From Naegleria gruberi (taxonomy: Eukaryota): a stretch of 64,000 nucleotides of DNA. The notes beneath the pieces were generated by a model. That model worked only from the letters and a program-made list of their open reading frames with translations, was not told the DNA's origin and ran no database searches. Position numbers and translations under genes: made by a program. Positions 10,732 to 23,277 of the stretch are shown here, piece by piece (position 1 is the first letter of the stretch; each line of letters starts with the position of its first letter). The stretch is from NCBI GenBank assembly GCA_000004985.1, contig GG738893.1; one strand, 5' to 3'.

Positions 10732-11991
10732 ATGCTTTCTCAATCAACAGTGTTTGCCAGTGGTAAAAACAGAGCCTTTCAGCTCGGAATTGACTCCAAA
10801 GACACATCACTATTAGATGATATTCCCTTCACTCGTGTTGCCTTCTTTGATCGGAATCCACATTTAAAAATTGTGAATATTTCTAGCTCGAGTATTTCTA
10901 CATTTTTTCTAATTGATGAATCATTATCTGCACATGAAAGTGGACAGTTATCGTTGTATGGATGTGGTTGTAATCAATTCGGTCAATTATCATTGGGTGA
11001 GATTTCCTTCATCAAGGAAATTACAAAAATTCCACTCCATGATGAAAAATTGTGGATTGACAAGATTAGTTGTGGAACGAAACATAGTTTGTTATTGACT
11101 GTGAATGGAGATTTGTATGCTTGTGGAGCTAGTGATGATGGTCAATTGTCAATTCAACCAGGAGAATGTGTTACAAAGTTTACAAAAATATTGGAAAATG
11201 TTCAAATTGCAAAAGCTATTGGAAAGAGAACAATGATTATTACTCGAGATTGTAAATTATTAGTATGTGGAGAAAATCAATTTGGTCAACTGGGAATGGG
11301 AGATGCAAAAAATCGACTGACACTCGTTCCACATGAATTCTTTACCGATTTACTCATTCAAAACAATGAATTTCCAATAGATATCGATGGTGGAATTTCA
11401 CATACGATTGTCATGACAAACAAGAAGAGAATTTTCTATTTTGGAAATACTTTTCAAGCATGTTCATTGAAACCAATTGAATTATCCTTCTCCTCACCCA
11501 AATCTATCAAGTGCACCAATTATGCAACATTCGTCATTACAGAACGAAACAAAATCTTTAGTTGTGGATTGTGTGGAAGTGGTCAAATTCCATTTGATTC
11601 GAAACTTCTTCCAAAATCATTGATTAGTTGTAATTCAATGATTTCTCTTGTGGAATTGAGTAAATCTTTAGATAGAGATGAAATTGTGGTGGATATTAGT
11701 GGTGGATCGAATCATACTTGTTTTCACACCAATTTTGGAAGAGTTTTTATTTGTGGGAAACGTTTCGAAAATTCAAACGAACTTCAAAAGCCAATTTTAA
11801 TGGAAAATCCATTCGATTCGATTGAAAATTTACAAGATTATAAGATTATGCATTATTATGGAAGAAGTTCATTCTTTGTTACAAAAACATTGCACAGTTA
11901 TATTGTAAACTTTAAGAAACAATTATTGAATTGTTCAATATTTGATGTGTTTATAATAACATTTCAAAATTCGCAACAGGATGACGATTAA
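10732..11991 (+). CDS. RCC1-repeat (regulator of chromosome condensation-like) protein, gene A
   Basis: Repeated motifs YGCGCNQFGQLSLG, YACGASDDGQLS and VCGENQFGQLGMGD are typical of RCC1 beta-propeller blades. ATG at 10732; apparently single-exon. Confidence 0.7.
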   Translation: MLSQSTVFASGKNRAFQLGIDSKDTSLLDDIPFTRVAFFDRNPHLKIVNISSSSISTFFLIDESLSAHESGQLSLYGCGCNQFGQLSLGEISFIKEITKIPLHDEKLWIDKISCGTKHSLLLTVNGDLYACGASDDGQLSIQPGECVTKFTKILENVQIAKAIGKRTMIITRDCKLLVCGENQFGQLGMGDAKNRLTLVPHEFFTDLLIQNNEFPIDIDGGISHTIVMTNKKRIFYFGNTFQACSLKPIELSFSSPKSIKCTNYATFVITERNKIFSCGLCGSGQIPFDSKLLPKSLISCNSMISLVELSKSLDRDEIVVDISGGSNHTCFHTNFGRVFICGKRFENSNELQKPILMENPFDSIENLQDYKIMHYYGRSSFFVTKTLHSYIVNFKKQLLNCSIFDVFIITFQNSQQDDD

Positions 11992-12197
11992 AGATCACTG
12001 AATTTTCGAATAATATATTGAGTTTACTTTAACTTTTATTCGAAACTTGTCTTCATGAAGTGAAGGTAGTGCTTCGCTGTTTTGTAACTTATTCGATTCA
12101 CTGCCACTTTCGAATATCATCAAGGCCGACTGTCAAATGTTGAGATGAGCTTGATGCCATTTAACGGCTTTCAATTGTCAAATTTCAAAAAAAAATA

Positions 12198-12246
12198 ATG
12201 GAGGTCAAACAGAGGACGCTCCTTGTCTCGGGTGATAATGACTTTG
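12198..12246 (+). CDS. RCC1-repeat protein gene B, exon 1
   Basis: ATG at 12198 encodes MEVKQRTLLVSGDNDF. The exon is followed by the donor G|GTTTGT. Splicing to 12328 recreates the RCC1 motif DNDFGQLCTGNNKP. Confidence 0.5.
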
Positions 12247-12327
12247 GTTTGTTATCAATAATTTGAAAATAATACTAAACAATATTCTAAACCTTTCCAA
12301 TAACTAAAACAACATTTTTTATAATAG

Positions 12328-12444
12328 GACAACTTTGTACGGGAAACAACAAACCCACAAAAAAACTTGTGGAACCAAAACTCCCGCCAGAATTAGTCAT
12401 TCAACAAGTTGCTGTTGGTTATGATCATACGTTGATTTTGACTG
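12328..12444 (+). CDS. RCC1-repeat protein gene B, exon 2
   Basis: Acceptor ataatag precedes 12328. The exon encodes GQLCTGNNKPTKKLVEPKLPPELVIQQVAVGYDHTLILT. The donor ACTG|GTAAGT lies at 12445. Confidence 0.55.
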
Positions 12445-12772
12445 GTAAGTTTTATAGTAGTTGTAGATTTTTGGAGGGAAAAAATTGTGTTGCTTGTTGT
12501 TGTGCTTTTTATTGCGGAATTTTTCTTCTTGTTGTATTTTGTGTGCTGTTTTTTATAATGATTTATATCATCATCATGGGATGATTTTTATTTATATATT
12601 TAAATTTAATTATACTGTTTATGTGTAATACAATAATAACATCATCATCATGATAAAACAATAATAATAACAAATTCATCATCTCATCATCATCTTTCAA
12701 TATTACTCTATATTGTAACAACTGTTAATAATACTAAATGTGGTGTATTATTGATTTGATTAAAAATAATAG

Positions 12773-15195
12773 ATACCAATGAATTGTACGTTTGTGGAAG
12801 TAACGCCTATGGTAAACTAGGAATGGGCAAACATCAAGAAGAAATTAACAAATTAACACGAGTCGATTTTTCACATTTGCATCAACGAAGAACAACTTTG
12901 GAAAGTCCATTCACTGGATCACCTATGAAATTTGCTGCGACAGATTTTGATGAAACACAATCAATGCCACAAGCTCTTCATCATTTGACAAATATTGGAT
13001 ATGGAACATTGAGAACGAACAAGAAGAAGGTAGCTTCGGGTAATAATTCGAGCTCTGTTTTTAAAATGTTTCAATCCAATACAAATGCAAATGATGCACT
13101 GGGTGATTTGGCAGATTTTAGAAAGAGAAAGAATATGATGAATGGTACTGGTAATAATGGTGATGAAAATTCTGCAGAAACATTTTCAACGAGTGCTCCT
13201 ATCACGAGTGAAACTTTTTTAACACAAAATGTGGCAGATTCTAATACATTTTCCTCTCCTATTGGATCAAGTGGTTCGGGATCTCCATTTGGAGAAAGTT
13301 TGGAAATTAGAGAATCTGCATTGAATTCAGTTTCTCCCCAACAGAATAATTCTACAGGAAGTAATACAGTCAATCAAGTACCATTTGATGCTTCTCTCTA
13401 TGATTCAAGCCATTCAAAGCGAAGGGGACATACAAAATCATCTAGTATTGCAACATCTCCACTCGAATCTGAATCTACATCCTCCACACAAAGCCGATCG
13501 AATTTTGTAAAGGAATTGGTTTCAAATGATGGAGATTTTAGATTGAGTGTGAGTGGTGAATCCAATCAAGCAGTTCATATTCATCAACAACAACATCAAC
13601 AACAGGATAGTGATGATATCAACATTGTAACAACTTCTCCATCTCCAATTTCAGCTTCAGTAGGTGGAACTCCCTCTGCATTATTATCACCAAACTCTGA
13701 TCAATCTGCAACTGGATCACGTCGATACAGTGATGCACACCCACCAACCCATGTTCGATACGATTCTGCTTCGCTTCCAACTATTAATACAGCTACTGTC
13801 AAGGCCACTAAACATAATACTAGAGATATGGGAAGTTTTGACTTTGATAATGTTGTCTTTTCAGTGGGCAGTGATCCAGGTATGACACCAATTAGTGAAG
13901 AAGATGCAAACATGACATCTAGCACTGATGAGGATAAGGAAAAGAAGAGAAATAGTGGAGGATTGAAACCATTTGGATCTCTTTTAATTAGACAAAGAAA
14001 GTCTTCAAATGCCACAGTGAAAGAAGTTCCAAAATTGAAAACTGACAATTCAGATTCCCGTGCCCAGTTGGATTTCTTACGAGATGTACATCTACAAACA
14101 ACTCCAAACACTGCAAGAAATTCAGGAAATGGTCAAATTCCACCATTTGAAATTAAGAGTATTTTCTGTGGAAGAAATAATAGTTTCATTCTAACAAAGG
14201 ACGATGAAATTTATTGGTGTGGTGAACGTTCATCATGCTATTTTAAGAGATTGCAAGATGAAGAATTGGAAGGAAAGAAGATTAAATTATTTTCGACATC
14301 ACCTTTCGCAGATCATTTCCTCATTGTTACTTCACAACAGGAGGTTTTAGTGAGTGGTAATAATAGTAATGGTCAATTGGGAGATGGAACAACATTGGAT
14401 TGTTATGGATTTTTGAAAAAGATTCAATTTGATTTTGGTGAAGATTATACGGATGAAGAAAAGAAATATGTTGATTTCAAATTTGGTGCTTGTGGTAGAG
14501 CACATACCTGTCTTGTTGCTACATTGAATGGAGGCATTGATGTTTTCTACAGTACAGGAAATAACCAATTTTCACAATTAGGTTATGCTCTACCAGTTGA
14601 GAGAGCATACTTTGAAAATCCACCATCTCTCCCATTCGAAAGAAAGCCAATCAAGGATTTAGCATGTGGAGCCCAACATACAATTGTATTGACAGAGGGA
14701 AATGAAATTTGGGCATGCGGTAAAGGAGATTTAGGTCAATTAGGTAACGGTTCTTATTCACCAAAGAATGTTTTCCAAAAGATTGACCTTCCAACCAATT
14801 ACATTATTAGACGAGTTTTTTGTGGAGGTGGTTATACTGTTTTATTGACCACAGATAATGTAGTGCTCAGATCTGGAGGTAACTATTATGGACAAGCTTT
14901 CTTGGGCAGTACTGAGATGGTTTGCGATTATAAGGAACAGAAAATTGAAAAGATTGGTTCCTCCTACAAGGTCTATTCCATACATCCAACAACTCTCTTC
15001 TGTATCATACAATGTACCAAGACAGTTACTACTGGTAAAAAATCATCTCGAACCGTAGAGACTCCAACACAAGAGAAGGAAAAGAGTTCCACCTTAAAGT
15101 CAGGCATGTTCTCTTCCAAATCTAAACTCAATTTGAAATTAGATCTGTCAGGAGTACAGGATAGTGATAGTTACAGGCCCAACACAACTAGATAA
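12773..15195 (+). CDS. RCC1-repeat protein gene B, exon 3 (large; central S/T/N-rich linker, C-terminal RCC1 blades)
   Basis: Acceptor aataatag at 12765–12772. The splice yields ...LILTDTNELYVCGSNAYGKLGMGK. The C-terminus carries VSGNNSNGQLGDGTT, WACGKGDLGQLGNGS and LRSGGNYYGQAFLGS. Confidence 0.6.
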
Positions 15196-15218
15196 ATGTA
15201 TCATATATTTTACATTGT

Positions 15219-16112
15219 TTATTTTGTCTTGTACTTTTGTACAATATTAAGCAAAGGTTGGATTTTATCTTTCATTCTTTCCAAATAGTTTGGTAATTTG
15301 GAAGAAAACTCTTCTAGTGTGCAATGTCGTGTTTTAGCTGTCAAGAATGTGTTCCTCGTTACAGGTTTAAGGAAAGCGACTGAAGGTAAGGATGTGTGTA
15401 AATTAACCCACTTTTCGTTCATTGTACTGGTGGACTTGCAATTTACTGGAATAATCTTTCTGCCCATCATTATCATTAAGCCAACAGGACATCCTTAATA
15501 GCAACATCTTCGAAAGGAAAATTATATGATTCTCCAAATGATGTATGCTGGTTTATCAATTCGCAAAATCTTTCAACTTCAGATCTATTGAGAGTTAGGC
15601 CATTTTCAAAACTGAAGCCCAAATTCATCCTTATTAAAAAGTAAGTGTGCTCTGACAATTCTTAGAATTTGTATTGCTTTTTGTGAAAATCCAAATTGAT
15701 TCATAGTTGTGTCATCCAAAGTACGTACAATAAATGAACTTCCAGTAAACGGATTATTCATATTTGTTGCCTTTTTGATATCTTCTGCACTCAATCCACA
15801 CGTTTTCAAAAGTTGAACCCATTGCATAGATTGTGGTAGAAATGATTTAATTGTATCAGGGTTGAGTTGCTTGGCATAATTGATAAGATTTTGCCTAAAT
15901 TTTTCTGATACATATTCTTCTTTTTCCTTTGGAACTTCTTTTTGAACCACATCGATAATTAATACATCATCATCTTCCATTGCATCCTCAATTTGAGGTT
16001 GTGTTAATACTAACTCCTCTGGATCGTTAATTGGCTCAGCTTCTCTTTGAACTGATTCTTGCTTACTTGGGGAAGCAAGGTTGGTTTGTGATGTACTTGG
16101 ATGGCTCGACAT
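15219..16112 (-). CDS. Hypothetical protein, 3' exons of the gene above. Three successive ORF segments (15606..16112, 15476..15658, 15219..15476) are linked by short introns.
   Basis: Consecutive minus-strand ORF segments in different frames run directly downstream of the 16063..17928 exon. No recognisable domain, and the splice junctions are not resolved. Confidence 0.3.
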
Positions 16113-17928
16113 TGGATGAGTGATTGCTGTATTGATTGTATTGTTTGGTGGTGGTATAATTGTTTGGGAATGGCAGTGTCTGTTGTAATTTTCCTACACT
16201 ATTAGTTGAGGAAGGTTGAAAATTGTTTTTCAAATTAACTGTTGTCGAATGTGAATTGCTGGTAACTGGTGATGATGTAATTTGGGTGCCCTTTTGAGGT
16301 GTTGATTTAATGTGGGCAGTCTGATTTCTAATAACTGGGCTAGCAGTACTAGTTGAAATCACATCACTTGGAAGAGTACATTTAACTGATGGAGGTGGTG
16401 GTGTACTGCTATTTGATTTTAATTGAGGTGGTGGAGTTTCTGAGTTCATTGGTAGTGTCATATTATTTGATAGAGTTTTTGGAGTTGATGATGAAATATT
16501 CATTGTTGATTTTTTGATATCTGACTTTCTCATGTACATGTCTTTGTTCAAATAAACCAATTCCAACAACTTCCAAACTTGATCCTCCATACCTTCAATA
16601 GTCACATTATGGAGATCAGATGTCTGTTCAACAATTTGATGATTGCCAACACCTACTGCCAAGTTTTGATTTAAACCTGGTTTGGATTTTGGTTCAAGTT
16701 TAACACAGGAATTTTTGACAATAGTTGCATCAAATTGTGTTTCCTCCTTAATGACACACTTGAAAACCTTGGCAATGATTTTTCTCTCTTCTCTAATGCA
16801 ATCTTCTTCATCACAGTCACTTGCTTCTTGTGGAACTTTCATACATAAGGGAACTACATGCCCATCCTCATTAATCATTCCACGTAGAAACATTTCAGTC
16901 TTCCTCTTTAAAACAGCAACCATATTATTGTGTAATTCCTTTCCATCAATATTAAAATAGGTAATCGTATCATGATTTGTATTGTTGATTAATTTCAAAG
17001 TTATTAATTGATCATTGTCTGGATTTTCCAAACAACAAATGATTTTCTTTGTTAAACCATCATCTTTGATGCAACGAGAAGGTACTGGTGAATGTCCTTC
17101 TGAATTAATAGTACACAAATAGATGGAGAAATTATCGTGGATGATGTTATTGCTACTACTAGTACCAGTACTACTTTGATTATTAATAATATTATTTAAA
17201 TGATTACTATTACTAATGATGCTAGTGTTTGTATTCTTATTATTATTAATATTATTAATATTATGATTAGCCTTTGAAATTGTATTTAAATTAATATTAT
17301 TATGCAAGCCACTAGAAGATGCTGCTGCATTGCCATTATTACTAATATTGGAAGCCTTGCAGCTAGCTTTCTTTTCTCTTACTTGATCAATAACTAATTT
17401 CTTTCCTATGAAGGAATGATCCGAGCTTTCGCTTCCAGAATCAAAGTCTTCATATTTTCTCTTCTTCATTCTAACATCTTCTTCTTCTTCACTTGAGGAT
17501 GACAATAAATCACTGAAATCAAGTTGTGGAGCAATCTTCTTCTCAACCCGTCTGATAAGCTGATTATTATACTTCGGATCAGAATTTGAATATTTTTTAA
17601 TTAATTTTAAATTATTGCTGTTATGATGATTTGATGGATTTGATGAGGAAGGTGTTGAAGTGTTAGTAGGGGTGGTGGGTTGTTTTCTTTTTAAAAGTAG
17701 TGGACGAGTGGTAGGTGTGCTTTGGTTCTTCTTGTTTCTTTGTGGAGTACTAGTTTGGCTTGAAGAAGCTTTCGATGATGAAGGAGTTGTTGCTGTGTTC
17801 ATTGATGAAGAGGATGAAGATGATGATACTGTTCTCTTTGGTGTGCCAGAGGAACCACGTGGTGGTTTTGATAGAAACAAGGATTGGTTCTGAATCACCT
17901 TGTCCTTGTCAGAGCGCAAGAATGGCAT
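16063..17928 (-). CDS. Hypothetical protein, large 5' exon (S/T/N-rich low complexity plus an unrecognised central domain)
   Basis: First ATG at 17928 (MPFLRSDKDK...); the track start is TTG. The frame shift relative to the downstream ORF 15606..16112 implies at least one intron. Confidence 0.4.
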   Translation of the reverse strand: MPFLRSDKDKVIQNQSLFLSKPPRGSSGTPKRTVSSSSSSSSMNTATTPSSSKASSSQTSTPQRNKKNQSTPTTRPLLLKRKQPTTPTNTSTPSSSNPSNHHNSNNLKLIKKYSNSDPKYNNQLIRRVEKKIAPQLDFSDLLSSSSEEEEDVRMKKRKYEDFDSGSESSDHSFIGKKLVIDQVREKKASCKASNISNNGNAAASSSGLHNNINLNTISKANHNINNINNNKNTNTSIISNSNHLNNIINNQSSTGTSSSNNIIHDNFSIYLCTINSEGHSPVPSRCIKDDGLTKKIICCLENPDNDQLITLKLINNTNHDTITYFNIDGKELHNNMVAVLKRKTEMFLRGMINEDGHVVPLCMKVPQEASDCDEEDCIREERKIIAKVFKCVIKEETQFDATIVKNSCVKLEPKSKPGLNQNLAVGVGNHQIVEQTSDLHNVTIEGMEDQVWKLLELVYLNKDMYMRKSDIKKSTMNISSSTPKTLSNNMTLPMNSETPPPQLKSNSSTPPPPSVKCTLPSDVISTSTASPVIRNQTAHIKSTPQKGTQITSSPVTSNSHSTTVNLKNNFQPSSTNSVGKLQQTLPFPNNYTTTKQYNQYSNHSSNVEPSKYITNQPCFPK

Positions 17929-18172
17929 TTTTTTTAGTATGATTGAAAACAAACTTGTTTGTGTCCATCAAATTTTTAAGTACTTGATGGAACCAATCAT
18001 TTTTTATTTTAATAAAAGGCACAAGGGGATACGATAAGCTTAATGAGTCAAAGCTTACAGAGCTCTATCGGACACTACTCGCCACCAATACCAATGGTAT
18101 TAACAGAGTTAAAGTGTATAAATAAAGCTGCGTAAATTTTTTATTTTAATAAAACAAGAGATTGAGTTACAT

Positions 18173-19995
18173 TTATTCGAATGTGTCTTTTGGTACTTTT
18201 TCAATTGTTGTTGATTCCAATTCTTCTTTTGGTTTGTTGATAGTTTTTTTCAAAATTAACGAAACTAAAAACATGAGAATGCTAATGGAAGTCGCAACAT
18301 AAAAAACCAAACGATGGTCAATTGGAAATTTGGACACTGCAACAGAGCTAGCGAATATAGATCCACCAATTATTGGACTAACCATTCTTGAAAGTGAAAC
18401 AAATGATTGAGAAGTTCCGTTCACTTTCCCATAGTTTCTTCTAGAAACACTATTATTGGTGAAAATAAAAGTTCCTAAAAAGGTATAACCCGTTGCAACC
18501 TGTTTAACCAAAAGAATAGATCCAAGAGCGCCCCAGAATAAGATATGTTTCCACATTGGATCAGTATCTGAAACTACCAACCAAATAATTTCAGGAAATA
18601 TGACATTGAAAATTGCTTCAACTATAATACTCCATCTATAACATGTCAATGGACCAAACCTTTGAACTACAAGTGGTGTAATAAACAATTGACTCAAAAA
18701 TAGAATAAATCCCAAAGTTCCACCCAAAACTAAACAATTAATCTACTTTCGAATAGTCTATATACTTACTACCTAACTGATAAGAAGACATGCCTAATCC
18801 TCCTTTGTCTATTGGCATGACTGAAAATAGAGGATAGCATTCGTCAAACATGATTTGTCTCGAACCCAAAAACAAATACAAGAAACAAGTAGCCAATGGA
18901 ACAGGAGAGGACAACATTTCATGTTTTCTGAAATTATTAAAATTTTTCTTGAATTTTTCAAAACGGCTTTCCTTAATAATTGGTTCCTGTTCAGAGTATT
19001 CGAATTCAGTGGTTGGAGAGGACAATAAATTGGTTTTGGAAATGGTAGTGGATGATTTTTGGATGGTCTTTTCAGATTCTTTTGAAATGAACTTTCTGTA
19101 ATACCAACTCGATTGATTAGTTTCTTCCAATTTAAAATAGGCCAAAATGAAAGATAGGAAGGATAAAGTGGAAATGAATAGACTAGGTAAAATATAAGGG
19201 AATTGAATAATAAAGCTTTGTAACCATTCTGGGAATAACATTACAAAACTTGGATATTGTTGGAAAGGCCTTGAAAATAATCCTCCAAGTAATGGACCAA
19301 TGACAGATGCCAAACTAAATGTAATACTTGTAAAAGAAAATGCTCTCGCCTGATTGGTACTATCTGTGATTTCTCCCAAATAACTCTTTACCACTCCTAA
19401 ATTTCTAAGTGAAGTTTAGTTTGATTTCTCTAATTAAACTATTGGAAACCTACCCATTTAATAAACCATAAAAGAATCTACAAATGCATGCCCACCACAA
19501 CCACTTTGAAAATCCAAACATTAAAACACACACTGCTCCAAAAAATGTTCCAAAAAGTAAAACTGGCCTTCTTCCTAAATTATCCGAAATTGTTCCCCAA
19601 AGAAATGAACTAATAAACTGAGATATAAAATAGGAAGCTGCTAATAATCCAACATAATATCCATACTCTCTTGGATTGTCTGTCAAGTTAAAGTCAGCAA
19701 TCATGAACGTGACATATGGAAATAGAGACGTCACGCTCAAACTGTCACACAAATACATGAAAAACACAACTGATAATTTTCCCCATGGTAAAGGTGTTAC
19801 TTTTTCAGGTATTTCTTCAGTTTTCTCTTCATTTTCCAACTGTTTTTCAGTCAATTCTTCCAAATTTCCATTGCTCAGCAAGTGATGATCAATTGGCAAG
19901 GAATTTTCTTCATCAATCTGTTTTGTACTTTTCAATTCAACATCTTCCGATGATGGTTGTGAATTATTCAATTCATCGAAATCCCTTCTGGTCAT
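18173..19995 (-). CDS. Major facilitator superfamily transporter, 3 exons (19995..19450, 19394..18738, 18727..18173 approx)
   Basis: ATG at 19995. The canonical MFS motif GTISDNLGRRPVLLFG is present. Exon junctions are consistent: LLNG|GTAGGT then acceptor cacttag gives ...GLLNGNLGVVKSYLGEITD; YQLGA|GTAAGT then acceptor tgtttag gives ...ILGGTLGFILF. Multiple predicted TM helices. Confidence 0.65.
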
Positions 19996-20323
19996 TGTTG
20001 ATTCTTTTTTTTGATTCTTTTTTGTGTGAATATTGAAACAGGAGAAAGATGCAATTTTAATCCTTCCGCAATTGTTAGTTCCCGGAGTTGAAATTTTCTC
20101 CTGTGAGTTGTTTCAATATTCATTTGTTAATATTTTTATTCATGATTGTAAAATTGAATTTTTTAAGATGATAATTGAAATTATTGCTGTTTTCCTTTTG
20201 AAGAATTAAAAAATGTTAAAAAAAAAGAAAATCAAATTCTCCATGTGAAAATTCCATTAATATATAGTACACTAGAATATGATTTATTCCAATTTTAAAT
20301 AATCTTGATAAAGTTCACTTCCC

Positions 20324-21820
20324 TTAAACATCATAAATACCCACATGATCTGCCAAATTCATTTCTCGAATATATTTTTCACCCTCATCACTTATATTGT
20401 TGTCAACTGTGTTAAGTCTTGTTAATTGCTTCATTCCACATAGGAATTTAACGCCTTCGTCACCAATTTCATTGTAACCAATATCTAGAAAAGTTAATTG
20501 TTCCATTTCACTTATAAATTTGGCTCCCTCATCTCCAACAGCATTGTGATAGATAGAAAGCTGTGCTAGGTGCTTCATTTCACTGATTTGTTTTGCACCT
20601 TTTGCTCCAATATTATTATGAGCACTTATTAGATACGTTAAATTATCCATTTTACAGATATATTGTATACCTATTGGTGTAATATCAATACTAGAAACAT
20701 TAAGTTCAGTTAATTGGTTCATTTCACTTATAGATTGGACTCCGTTATCCCCAATATCATTATCAGAAATGTCAAGCTTAATTAAATTTTTCATTTGGCT
20801 AATGTGCATAGCCTCATACAGTGAAATCAAATTTTTAGCTATAGAAAGATGAGTTAATTGATTGAATGATGAAATGTATTCTACTCCATTCGATCCAATA
20901 CAGCGACTGTTTACATTAAGATCTGTTAATTGTTTCATTTCTCCAAAACACTTAACACCGTCATTAATAGAATTAAAACCAATATTGAGTTTGGTTATAT
21001 TCATCATTTCACTAACATACTTGGCACCGTTCTCGCCTATATTATTAACAGAAATATCAAGATTAGTTAATTGTTTCATTCCACTAATAAATTTAGCTCC
21101 TTCGTCACAAATATTGTTGCCAATAATGTTAAGGACAGTCAACTGTTTCATTTCACTAATAAATTTTGCTCCATCCACAGTAATTTCATTGGCACGGATA
21201 TTAAGAAAAGTCAACTGTTCAAGGCCACTAATATACTTGGCTCCTTCTGGGCCAATATTATTATTAGCAATATGAAGTTGTTTCAATTGCTTCATTTCAC
21301 CAATATACTTGGCTCCTTCTACACCAATATAATTACCCGTAATAAGAAGATAAGTTAGTGATTTCAATGATGGTAAATGTTTAGCAATAGGCAATCTAAA
21401 ATAACAGAAAGTCATATAAAGATCAGTCAATTGTTCCAATGAACATATATACTTGAATCCACTTGGATCAATATTAGAATTATATTCTATATTGAGCTTT
21501 TTCAATTCTTTCATCGAATCCAATATCTCACAATTAAATCCAATTTCCTCATTATTTATCACTCTTAGATTTGCAATATTTTCCAAAAACGGCAATTGAC
21601 CAACCATTTCCCAATCACTACTACGTGTTATCGAGAGGTGTTTACATGAATTTTTAATGACACGAAACCACTGTTTGGAAACCAATGCACACCTCTGTAC
21701 AATAAATTTAAAATCATCATGAAAAGATAAAATTTCAAAGAGCGAATCGTCAGAGAATGGAATATTTTCTACATTTTCTTGCACTTTAGAAGTGATGGAA
21801 TGGCTTGGTTGTGTGATCAT
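20324..21820 (-). CDS. F-box / RNI-like leucine-rich repeat protein
   Basis: N-terminus FSDDSLFEILSFHDDFKFIVQRCALVSKQWFRVIK is F-box-like. It is followed by about 16 tandem 24–25-aa repeats of the form QLTxLNIxxNNIGDEGAKYISEMK (ribonuclease-inhibitor-type LRR). ATG at 21820. Confidence 0.7.
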   Translation of the reverse strand: MITQPSHSITSKVQENVENIPFSDDSLFEILSFHDDFKFIVQRCALVSKQWFRVIKNSCKHLSITRSSDWEMVGQLPFLENIANLRVINNEEIGFNCEILDSMKELKKLNIEYNSNIDPSGFKYICSLEQLTDLYMTFCYFRLPIAKHLPSLKSLTYLLITGNYIGVEGAKYIGEMKQLKQLHIANNNIGPEGAKYISGLEQLTFLNIRANEITVDGAKFISEMKQLTVLNIIGNNICDEGAKFISGMKQLTNLDISVNNIGENGAKYVSEMMNITKLNIGFNSINDGVKCFGEMKQLTDLNVNSRCIGSNGVEYISSFNQLTHLSIAKNLISLYEAMHISQMKNLIKLDISDNDIGDNGVQSISEMNQLTELNVSSIDITPIGIQYICKMDNLTYLISAHNNIGAKGAKQISEMKHLAQLSIYHNAVGDEGAKFISEMEQLTFLDIGYNEIGDEGVKFLCGMKQLTRLNTVDNNISDEGEKYIREMNLADHVGIYDV

Positions 21821-22158
21821 ATTTTTTTTAAATAATTTTATTTTGGGGCTAAAAGTTTCCGGAAACTATTCCGGTCTTAAAAGTAATTCAGAACATATTC
21901 TGCAAGAGAAGGAAGATAGAACTATTGGTTTTGTGATGATTGAAAGAAAACAAGCTTATTTGTGTCCAAAACAATTTTCAAAAGCTGGAAAGTGCACTTA
22001 AACCGAAAAAACAAGTAGAACATTTTCTTCATCAAAAAGAAAGAGCAGTACATTGACTTCCTCTAATTAACCAATAACTATATATTGAAAATATAATACA
22101 AATATTTACATAATTTAAACAGCAACAAATATGATCACATAGAAAAACAAGGCCCTTC

Positions 22159-23111
22159 CTACACAAGCATATTTGCCTTCAACATTTTCATAATTCTAAC
22201 AGTGTGCTCGGAAAGTTCAAACTCTTGCATCCAACAATAACCATAACAAAATTCCCAACCATTGAAAACAATCTTCTTGTAATCATCAGGGAAGAGAAAA
22301 TTACCCTCAACATGAGCATGATCATCATTATCATCATTATGAAATTCATCAAAGCTTAATTCTCTCATCAATTCTTGAGAAGTGAGCATGCAAATTCTAC
22401 TTCTGGAGAGAGTTTTGGCCTTTGCAAGGATTTCTTCTTCAGTAGGAGGTTGCCATACGACTCCGTATCGATGTAGATAAGGTGTTTCGAGTAGAAGGTT
22501 GGCTTCTGGAAGATAGCCTTCCAAGGTATGGTCTAAATCATCATCATCGGAATATAAATTATTATTATTTATATTAATTATTAATAATAATTAATTACTA
22601 ACCTTCTACTTGTTGGACAACAACACCAAGATCAGCCATAGCCACAGCTGGAGCAATATCTTGATCTGAAATTATTCCAAATTATCATCATCAGGAATAT
22701 ATATTTATTTAATTATTATTTAATAATAATAAGTAATATATCAAGTTGTAGAAACTTACCAGCACTTAAATTACCAATAATATCACTTCCGTAATTAAAA
22801 TATGCTTCAACATATTTCAAAGGAGACGTGATGTGTTCTCCGGCGAAGGAAAAGAGAGCAGAAACATCAACAATACGTCTACGAAGATCTCTACCTTCAT
22901 CACGGATGTGAAATTCATATTGTTCATTGTTGTTAGCAACAGAATGAGTAGTAGCTTCAGAAGTTTCAGAAGTGGAAGGAATTGGAAGATTTGGTTCTGG
23001 ACGAGATCGGACTCTACTGGCCAAAACTCTTCTTATCAGCCAATGTTCTCTCTCTTTTCTAGTCAAACGGAAACCTCTTTGTACTTCTTTGCTCACAAAC
23101 CGTCCTGGCAT
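22159..23111 (-). CDS. Hypothetical conserved-looking protein, 3 exons (23111..22717, approx 22663..22601, approx 22543..22159)
   Basis: Donor NLSAG|GTAAGT after 22716. The middle mini-exon encodes DQDIAPAVAMADLGVVVQQVE and ends in GTTAGT. The third exon begins after the acceptor gatttag. I could not assign a family. The two introns are extremely AT-rich with near-palindromic aattattatt runs. Confidence 0.35.
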
Positions 23112-23277
23112 TTTTATATTTATTTAAATTCTGATAAACTTGAGTTTTTCTCTTTCTTTTTTCTGGGTCCAAGGTGATACAAATATTTTTTGACGCCAAA
23201 GAAAAAAGAAAGAGGTAAAAATAAGAAAATTAGCGCGAAAGAGATTAGGTTTGCAATAAACCTGAAAAGGAGCAATA

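Noticed and set aside
12355-12365. DUSE-like motif aacccacaa upstream of nothing obvious
   Set aside because: It lies inside RCC1 gene B exon 2 coding sequence (…NNKPTKK…). A chance match.
22540-22716. Near-palindromic AT-rich blocks (aattattatttaataataattaatt) suggesting inverted-repeat elements
   Set aside because: They coincide exactly with two short introns of the 22159–23111 gene. This is the normal composition of dictyostelid introns and there are no flanking target-site duplications.
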